IMG/VR virus record: IMGVR_UViG_3300048599_000737
Coordinates: 11,870-75,869 of that record
Source of the DNA: a virus
Taxonomy: Duplodnaviria; Caudoviricetes
Length of the DNA stretch: 64,000 nt
Strand: one strand, 5' to 3'
The notes under the pieces were generated by a model. That model saw only the letters and a list, made by a program, of their open reading frames with translations, ran no database searches and had not been told where the DNA came from. Position 1 is the stretch's first letter. Each line of letters opens with the position of its first letter. Positions 57,981 to 64,000 of this stretch are shown here, one piece after another. The translations under genes were made by a program, and so were the position numbers.

Positions 57981-58654
57981 GGCTCAACCACCTGGGCCTT
58001 CTTAAGCGGGGTGAACCCCGGCTTGCCATCCCCCCGCCCTCCCCGGCCGCCCTCGGAGAACATCTTCTGAATCTTCGCCTGAATCAGCACGCCCTGATCC
58101 ACCTTCGCCGACGCTTTGTAGATGAATTCAAGCAGCCGCGACCGGTCTTCGCGCAGAATGCCTTCCATGGCCACCTGTTTCTCTTCGGGCAAATCCCCGA
58201 TGCGCTCCAGCTTCTCGTTGATCTTCTCGATCTCAACCAGCGCCTCAAGAAACGCCTTGGTGATGCCTCCCCCCGTGATTTTGATGACCTCGCGGAAGTT
58301 GTTTCGGTAGAACCGCTGGCACGACACCGCCAGATCCTTGCCGCGGTTGGATAGCCCCAGGCCGTCCACCCCCTTCTTGAGCGCGTTCTCCTCGCGCTGG
58401 ATGGCCTCGGCCACCGCCACATCATCCGGCCGGTTCAGGATGGCGGAGACCGGCGGGGCCTTGGGCGCTTCCAGCCAGCGCATCCTGAGCGCGGGCTCCG
58501 CACTGACGAGCTTGCGAAAATACTCCGTCGTGGTGCTCAACGAGGCGGCCGCAGCCGAAAAATCCCCGTTATGGTCTAACAGCGCCTGGTTGGCCTGCAA
58601 CGGGCTTATCCGCGATATGGTGGGCTGGTCTCCTGGTGCGCTTGAGCTGTTCAT
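57977..58654 (-). CDS. candidate terminase small subunit
   Basis: Helical protein coupled (GTGA) directly upstream of terL; start MNSSSAP at 58654. Positional inference. Confidence 0.45.
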   Translation of the reverse strand: MNSSSAPGDQPTISRISPLQANQALLDHNGDFSAAAASLSTTTEYFRKLVSAEPALRMRWLEAPKAPPVSAILNRPDDVAVAEAIQREENALKKGVDGLGLSNRGKDLAVSCQRFYRNNFREVIKITGGGITKAFLEALVEIEKINEKLERIGDLPEEKQVAMEGILREDRSRLLEFIYKASAKVDQGVLIQAKIQKMFSEGGRGGRGDGKPGFTPLKKAQVVEP

Positions 58655-59130
58655 AGCGGAGCTTTCAGCGGCACGGGATAAAGCCTCGGTGAAATGCGCA
58701 GATCCCGGGGACTGGCCCAATCACCGCCCGGGATGCGAACCAGCGGCAATTGGTTGTCCGCCAGCACGGCGCGGCAGCACTGAAGCACATACCGGCTGCA
58801 AAAGGTATGCTGCTTGCTCCGACACGGTCGGTTGAACGCGTACCGGAACAAATCCGCCACGCAATAGTCTATCCCCTTGCGCAGGTTGGCATCAAACAGC
58901 CGCTCGAACTGCCCATGTTGTGCCCGGGTCACCCCGGCCAGTTCATAGCACTCCGCATTGGCGTAATCGGCGGCGGTTATCAGCCGATCCCGCACCCGAG
59001 GAAAGAACGCCTCATGGATGGTCCGGCCATCCGCCCGGAGGAACGCGGCATGGCTGCCTTTGCCATGGGTGAAAAACTTGATGGCGGCATCCAGCAAATC
59101 ATGATGCCCGGTCCAGATAAGAATCTTCAT
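58651..59130 (-). CDS. permuted papain-like NlpC/P60 (YiiX/YebB-like) hydrolase
   Basis: His before Cys: GSHAAF ... TFCSRYV; DY motif in between. Confidence 0.8.
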   Translation of the reverse strand: MKILIWTGHHDLLDAAIKFFTHGKGSHAAFLRADGRTIHEAFFPRVRDRLITAADYANAECYELAGVTRAQHGQFERLFDANLRKGIDYCVADLFRYAFNRPCRSKQHTFCSRYVLQCCRAVLADNQLPLVRIPGGDWASPRDLRISPRLYPVPLKAPL

Positions 59131-59141
59131 TTCAGAATAAA

Positions 59142-59171
59142 GCCCGCCTCAGAAACCAATCCTGGGCGGGC
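59142..59171 (-). terminator. putative intrinsic terminator after the OMP-like gene
   Basis: GCCCGCC/GGCGGGC stem followed by TTTATTCT on the minus strand. Confidence 0.5.
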
Positions 59172-59175
59172 AATG

Positions 59176-59197
59176 TTTACCCTTTTTAGAGGGTTAC
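59176..59197. promoter_or_regulatory. 22-bp palindromic motif, copy 8
   Basis: TTTACCCT-TTTTAG-AGGGTTAC. Confidence 0.65.
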
Positions 59198-59205
59198 AGT
59201 TTTGG

Positions 59206-59802
59206 TTAAAACTTGAAGGTGAGCCCGGTTTCCAGCTTCCCGTCCACATCATCCTTGCCTGAACCCGACACGTCGATCACGTAGTTCAGGAAGGCGCCAG
59301 CGTGCCGGGACATCCAGTATTCCCCGCCCGCTCCCACCTCGCCGGAACTCTTGTCCTGGTCGATGTCGCGCGAGAACCCCGCGATGGCGTGGACGCTCAG
59401 GTTATGGTAAGCATACCGGTAGAACAGCCGGCCATTATACCCATTCAGGGCCGAGCCCGCCTCGCCCAGCGTGAGAATGCCTGCGCCCACTCCGAGCCAA
59501 CCAACCGAGTTGAACTTATGCCACATGATGGGCTCGGTCAGCTGCCGGATGCCGCTGCCCGAGGACTTATACTCAAACCCCTGTTGCAGCTCGAACTGGT
59601 TGGTCGCGTCGAAGTAATCCACGCTCTCATCCAGCAGGTTCAGACCGGTCTGCACGAAGTTGGCTATGACGCCAGTGTTTGCGTTGGTGACGCTCACATA
59701 GTTCGTCACAGTCACGGTCTCGGACCTCGCCACCCCAGGGGCCATGGCAACCAACCCGGCTGCCAGGAATCCCATCCATCCCAATCGTTTCGTTTCTTTC
59801 AT
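59206..59802 (-). CDS. outer-membrane beta-barrel-like protein
   Basis: Signal peptide (...APGVARS|ET); alternating amphipathic strands; C-terminal LETGLTFKF ending in Phe. Confidence 0.7.
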   Translation of the reverse strand: MKETKRLGWMGFLAAGLVAMAPGVARSETVTVTNYVSVTNANTGVIANFVQTGLNLLDESVDYFDATNQFELQQGFEYKSSGSGIRQLTEPIMWHKFNSVGWLGVGAGILTLGEAGSALNGYNGRLFYRYAYHNLSVHAIAGFSRDIDQDKSSGEVGAGGEYWMSRHAGAFLNYVIDVSGSGKDDVDGKLETGLTFKF

Positions 59803-60090
59803 CTACTTGTCTTTCTCGGCGTCTCCGCCGTTCTGTTGTTGTATCACTGGTGCCTCGGGCACCAGCAAAGCTCTTTCCATCAGCCCCCGGCCCGCCTCGC
59901 TCACCGGAGGCAGGCTCAGCAGCGACCGGGTATCCTTCGCCGCCGAAACCAGACCCAGCCCAACCGCCATGACCATGGCGGACCGGTTCAGCGTGTTGCC
60001 GCTCCCAACCACGACCACCACCGCGCCTCCGGCGGCAATGACAAAGGCCGTGATGGCGCTAACGATGACGGTGATGGTTTTTGGATTCAT
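59803..60090 (-). CDS. holin-like membrane protein
   Basis: Start MNPKTITVIV at 60090; two hydrophobic helices and a charged C-terminus. Confidence 0.55.
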   Translation of the reverse strand: MNPKTITVIVSAITAFVIAAGGAVVVVVGSGNTLNRSAMVMAVGLGLVSAAKDTRSLLSLPPVSEAGRGLMERALLVPEAPVIQQQNGGDAEKDK

Positions 60091-60253
60091 GTCGTTTGCT
60101 CCACCAGCTATGAATGGTGCAGGCCCCGGCCACAATGCCCACGATGGCGCAGACCAGACTGGCCAGATCGCTGGCCTGCGAAAGCGTGATGGAGCCAACA
60201 AAGCCCAACCCGCTCACCACGGTGCCTGCGGCGTGCTTGATCGTATCGTTCAT
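60059..60253 (-). CDS. small membrane protein (holin/antiholin-like)
   Basis: 64 aa; hydrophobic segments followed by a basic tail. Confidence 0.5.
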   Translation of the reverse strand: MNDTIKHAAGTVVSGLGFVGSITLSQASDLASLVCAIVGIVAGACTIHSWWSKRHESKNHHRHR

Positions 60254-60269
60254 AGGTGTCAGTCCTTGG

Positions 60270-62129
60270 TTACGGCCCGGTCAAAACCCGCAACCACGCC
60301 GCATTGCTGCGCAGATACAAGGTGCCATTGGTAACGCTGCACATGGAACCATCTCGCCCGACCAGGTGATTGGGCACGTTGTTCGTATAGGCCGCCAGCC
60401 ACACCAGTCCGTTATTGGTGAAGGCTCCAGAAAGAACGTTCACGCTGTTGGTCACTACCAGGGTGTTTCCGACATTGAGCGAGCCCCTCACTGTGCTTTG
60501 CCCGGTCCCAAGGGTGGTAAGCACTCCCTGATTGGTTATGTTCCCTTCCAGGTTCAGCCCACCATCCCCCGGGTCGCCTCGATAGTAACTGCCGTAGGTG
60601 CCCAGCGTCAGTCCACCGCTGGGCCAAAAATGGGCCGCAAAGCTCCCATTGCCGCCCTTGTAGCCGTTGGCGAAGAGATAGACGCCGCCGCTGCCACCAC
60701 CAATCAAGCTCAAATCTCCGTTCACGGTCTGAGCTACGAATTGGTTGCTCACGTTCCAGTAGTTCCAGGAGCTGGGCGTTACCAGAGTCATCATCGCCCC
60801 GTAGGTTGTGTTCCTGAGCACCGCCGCGCCGCCATTGGGGCCAAGGTAATACGGAACATACCCGCTATTGAGACATTGCGACCCGGTTCGGTTGTCCAAG
60901 CCATACCAGTTGAATACCTTGTTGGCCATCACGCTGAACCCCTGTCCCGTCAGATGAACCGCGTCCACCCCCGGATTGAAATAGCCGTTGTTGGTCAGCG
61001 AATACCAGTCGCCAAAGCAATTGAACCCGTCGAAATAGCTCCAATGGTTGCTGTGGCACATCTCCCGGGCATAATAGTTCCCGGTCAGCATGTTGGAGTT
61101 GCAGTAGAAGGTGCTCGTGTTCCCCGGGTCAAACATGTGCTGGCCAACCCACAACAGGTCAACGCCAGGAACCGTTCCCGTAATCCAACTGGACAGCGGC
61201 CCGACATCCGCCCGATACGCATCCCCGCTCTGCAAATGGCACCCGATTATCAGACTTGGGTTAAACCACTTGAGCGCCTTGGTGGCTATCGGGTTGGTGG
61301 CGTAGTAGATCAAGTCGCCGCTGGACCGATACCAGTTGACGATGATCGGCGAGCGCGCTGACCGGCAGGTCAACACCGGCCCCAACGACAACACCGTCCC
61401 CGAAGTCGGCACGATGCCGTAGGTGGAAATGTTATAGTTGGTCCCGGGATAGCCGCTGTCATTGGTGACAACGAAATAGCCAAAATCCAGCGCCCCGCCG
61501 TTATCGGTGGAAATGCCGGTCGCCCAGTTGGTCCCGTTCATGGTGATATTGAACGTCCCGCCCCCGTTGGTCTTGAGGAACAGCCAGCCGACCGTATCGA
61601 ACAGGGTGCCTCCCATCAGCCCGCCATTGTTCAGGGTGAAGGTGTTGCTCTGCCCCGAGGCCGCGGAATAGGAAGTCAAACCGCACGGCCAAAGCGCCGG
61701 ATTGTCGATGCCGGTGCCAGACCCGGCACTCGCATAGGAGCGGTTGATGCCCAGCATGCCGCCGCCGTAAGCTCCAAAATGCCCGAACTGAAAATAATCG
61801 CTGACATAGCTCGCCCAGCCCCCCATGTAGGAGTTCCCTATCAGCAGGATTACCGGGCTGGCCGCTTGCTGCACCGAGTAGAGCAGGTTCGAGCACCCGA
61901 ACTGGTTCAGGTTGCTCGTAATCATCGGGTCGGTCGGAAGGTTGGTCAGCCCCGCCCCGCTCCCGCTCACAATGGTCACTTCCGTAAGCGTGCCATTGGT
62001 CGCCGTTACATAACCGGATGCGGGAAGCCCCCCAAGCGTGGTGGCCGCTCCGCTGGTGCCTCCGACAAACCCGTCAGCAAATGCAAGCGCGGGTGCCAAA
62101 GCCAGAATGGATACAATTTGTCTCTTCAT
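60270..62129 (-). CDS. SGNH/GDSL hydrolase-containing fibre/spike-like protein with signal peptide
   Basis: Start MKRQIVSILALAPALAFA|D at 62129; ILLIGNSY (block I), DAVHL (block V DxxH); beta-rich C-terminus. Confidence 0.75.
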   Translation of the reverse strand: MKRQIVSILALAPALAFADGFVGGTSGAATTLGGLPASGYVTATNGTLTEVTIVSGSGAGLTNLPTDPMITSNLNQFGCSNLLYSVQQAASPVILLIGNSYMGGWASYVSDYFQFGHFGAYGGGMLGINRSYASAGSGTGIDNPALWPCGLTSYSAASGQSNTFTLNNGGLMGGTLFDTVGWLFLKTNGGGTFNITMNGTNWATGISTDNGGALDFGYFVVTNDSGYPGTNYNISTYGIVPTSGTVLSLGPVLTCRSARSPIIVNWYRSSGDLIYYATNPIATKALKWFNPSLIIGCHLQSGDAYRADVGPLSSWITGTVPGVDLLWVGQHMFDPGNTSTFYCNSNMLTGNYYAREMCHSNHWSYFDGFNCFGDWYSLTNNGYFNPGVDAVHLTGQGFSVMANKVFNWYGLDNRTGSQCLNSGYVPYYLGPNGGAAVLRNTTYGAMMTLVTPSSWNYWNVSNQFVAQTVNGDLSLIGGGSGGVYLFANGYKGGNGSFAAHFWPSGGLTLGTYGSYYRGDPGDGGLNLEGNITNQGVLTTLGTGQSTVRGSLNVGNTLVVTNSVNVLSGAFTNNGLVWLAAYTNNVPNHLVGRDGSMCSVTNGTLYLRSNAAWLRVLTGP

Positions 62130-62764
62130 ATAAATCGAACCGAAAGTGTTCCCGAACCGCTGACCAGCCAGTCCCCCAAGTCGAACTTTGAGCCGGTCTG
62201 CGCCGTGAGCTCGTACTCCGAATTGCCAGCCGTCAGCGAAACCGAATAAGGCGCCTTGCTGCCCCCATCCACCACCGGCGCCACCGAAACCGTTCCCTCG
62301 CTGGCGCACAGCATCGCCTTCTGCGCCTGCAACAGCAGGGCCACAGAAACCGCCGGAGAATCCGCAAAGGTCATTTGCCCCAGCGGCTGATTGAGCGATA
62401 CCGCGTCCCTCACCCCGTTCGGGCTGGGAGCGTTCACCTCGAAATACTTCCCCTCCGCCGACACACTCTTAACGAGGTATGAGCCGGAGAGATCCAGGGT
62501 GGTCCCGTTGATGGTGACGCCCGCCGAAATGCACAGCCCGGTTCCCGGCTTAACCCAGGCCGGTTGCGACCCGTCCGCCCAGAAGCGGTAGGCAAGTGAC
62601 AGATACGAGGAGGAGCCCAGTTGCACAACAGCCTCGAATCGGGTCGGGGTGAACGACGCCGCCAAAGGCACGTAGCTCGCTCCAGGATTGGCTTGGGAAA
62701 ACGCGTTCCAGCGCAGGGGCGTCAACCCCAGCGCGGCGGTGCTGGTAAGCAATGATGTATTCAT
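62126..62764 (-). CDS. hypothetical late/structural protein
   Basis: 212 aa, beta-rich; coupled to the next gene by an ATGA-type overlap. Confidence 0.65.
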   Translation of the reverse strand: MNTSLLTSTAALGLTPLRWNAFSQANPGASYVPLAASFTPTRFEAVVQLGSSSYLSLAYRFWADGSQPAWVKPGTGLCISAGVTINGTTLDLSGSYLVKSVSAEGKYFEVNAPSPNGVRDAVSLNQPLGQMTFADSPAVSVALLLQAQKAMLCASEGTVSVAPVVDGGSKAPYSVSLTAGNSEYELTAQTGSKFDLGDWLVSGSGTLSVRFI

Positions 62765-62801
62765 GCAGCAAAGCGCGTGCGGTTGAAGGCCGCCAGCGTG
62801 T

Positions 62802-62823
62802 GTTACACTTATTACAGTGTTTC
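62802..62823. promoter_or_regulatory. 22-bp palindromic motif, copy 9
   Basis: GTTACACT-TATTAC-AGTGTTTC, overlapping the recombinase stop codon. Confidence 0.7.
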
Positions 62824-64000
62824 ATTTCGCGCAAGTCCTTTCTTTTTCCTGCCCCACGCTCTTTGCCTCTTCCTTCAGCCAGTCCACCCACATCACCACT
62901 TTTGGCGTCAGCATCCAAAAAGCGGCCGCGTCCTGCGGCGTCACCATCGCCCGATAGTGGCCAAACAGCATGTCGTAATCCCCGTGCCCCATTGCCTTGA
63001 TGGTCTGCTCTCCCCCAAACACCGGCAGGTAGTGCGAGGCAAAGGTGTGCCGCAAGCAGTCCTGAACCCAGCCCGAGGCAACGATCTGCTTGCGGGCCTT
63101 TCCCTCCACCTTCTCGCGCTGGATTAGCCCTGCCGCTTCCCGCACCGCTTCAAAGCGCCGTCTCAGATTCGTGGGGTTGAAATCTCCTCCCAGGTTCAGC
63201 CACGCCTGCAAGATCGGATGAATCGGCACATGCCGCCTTTGCCGGTCCTTGGCATGCGCTCCCAGAACGTGGATATGCCCATCGCGCAAGTCATCCCGAG
63301 ACAGTTTCCCCGCCTCTCTCTCCGGACGCAGCCCGGCGAACAAGCACACTGCCACAAAGGGCACCAGTCCCGGGTCGCTCTCCAGCGTCACCTTGAGCAG
63401 CCTGCCGCACTGGCACAGGCTCAGGACAGCGGGTGCCTTATCCAGATCCGGCATCCGCCGCTCTGAAATGCGCTCAATGCTATCGACGGGATTTTCGCTC
63501 AGATACTTGAGGCCCTTGCACCATCCAAAGAAGATCTGCAAACCCGCTCGCCGGGCGTTGAAGGTGCGCGGGCTCCACTCGGGATTGGATAGCCAGCCGG
63601 TTACCTCTTCCCGGGTCACTGAACTGACTAACGCCTTGGTCCGTTCTGAAACAAACTGCCCGACTCCAGACTTGTACCAAAGCAAGGACTTGGGAGCCAA
63701 CCGGATGGCTTTCTTTTCAGCGATGAAGGTATCGTAGGCTTCTCCCAGCGTGATCGACTTGGTTGGCGTCTTTCCAAGATGGCGGAAGCCTTCCCAGACC
63801 GTGCGCAGTGAAAACCCAGCGTCTTGTATCTCCCGAAGAATCGCGGCGGATGCCTCCCGCTCCAGGGCGCTCAGAGTGAGCCAGTAGGAACCTTGCTCGC
63901 CGTTGAGCATCTCAATGGATTCACGCTCCTTGTCCGCCGCCAACTTGGCGGCAAAATACTTGCGCTTCCGCTTCTCCCCTGGTGGCTTCCAACTAACCAT
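62822..64000 (-). CDS. tyrosine recombinase/integrase (may extend past the window edge)
   Basis: AGLRPERE (R), DCLRHTFASH (xxRH), MGH, FGHY (Y); N-terminal core-binding-like helices. Confidence 0.92.
   Translation of the reverse strand: MVSWKPPGEKRKRKYFAAKLAADKERESIEMLNGEQGSYWLTLSALEREASAAILREIQDAGFSLRTVWEGFRHLGKTPTKSITLGEAYDTFIAEKKAIRLAPKSLLWYKSGVGQFVSERTKALVSSVTREEVTGWLSNPEWSPRTFNARRAGLQIFFGWCKGLKYLSENPVDSIERISERRMPDLDKAPAVLSLCQCGRLLKVTLESDPGLVPFVAVCLFAGLRPEREAGKLSRDDLRDGHIHVLGAHAKDRQRRHVPIHPILQAWLNLGGDFNPTNLRRRFEAVREAAGLIQREKVEGKARKQIVASGWVQDCLRHTFASHYLPVFGGEQTIKAMGHGDYDMLFGHYRAMVTPQDAAAFWMLTPKVVMWVDWLKEEAKSVGQEKERTCAK

Larger units (their letters stand above)
10878..64000. mobile_element. 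prophage, podovirus-like; left boundary uncertain (cargo from ~7985 may belong), right end beyond window
   Basis: Terminase-portal-scaffold-capsid-tail-ejection gene order, no tape-measure-like gene, two tyrosine recombinases, and a shared 22-bp palindrome from 10878 to 62823. Confidence 0.85.

Noticed and set aside
42023-62129. Diversity-generating retroelement or shufflon acting on the fibre genes
   Set aside because: No reverse transcriptase, no TR/VR repeat pair and no inverted repeats flanking alternative fibre ends were seen.
10878-62823. 22-bp motif as integron attC sites or CRISPR repeats
   Set aside because: No GTTRRRY/RYYYAAC consensus or attC hairpin; copies are kilobases apart with no spacer periodicity; no cas or intI-type gene.

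Overview
The first ~8 kb look like chromosome from a Verrucomicrobiota-type host (inferred from the C-terminal motif of the large secreted protein). They hold a 5'-truncated RHS/YD polymorphic toxin with an SHH-type nuclease tip, its probable immunity gene, and a 1446-aa modular surface protein. From ~8-11 kb to the right edge is an integrated, apparently podovirus-like prophage. It has defence-like cargo (Abi-alpha, HEPN-like, HicA-like tail, tandem receivers), a plus-strand early region (CobS/CobT-like pair, clamp-loader-like ATPase, HNH-AP2, methyltransferase-SNF2 fusion, tyrosine recombinase) and a minus-strand late region. The late region runs SGNH fibre, holin-like genes, OMP-like protein, permuted NlpC/P60, terminase, portal, scaffold, capsid, adaptor/nozzle, fibre, radical SAM, GNAT and three ejection-type proteins up to 2816 aa. 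A second tyrosine recombinase sits at the right edge. The main signals not explained by the gene list are: (1) a ~490-nt run of G.U-rich hairpins at 11.84-12.33 kb (candidate large ncRNA); (2) a 22-bp palindrome (GWWACMCY-N6-RGKGTWWC) found nine times just upstream of genes in both arms; (3) twin covarying 69-nt hairpin repeats at 7985/8491; (4) several late proteins with Sec-like signal peptides; (5) an MJ0619/Tes-like radical SAM plus GNAT inside the virion operon. All family assignments come from motif reading, not database searches. No CRISPR array, tRNA, rRNA or reverse transcriptase was seen.
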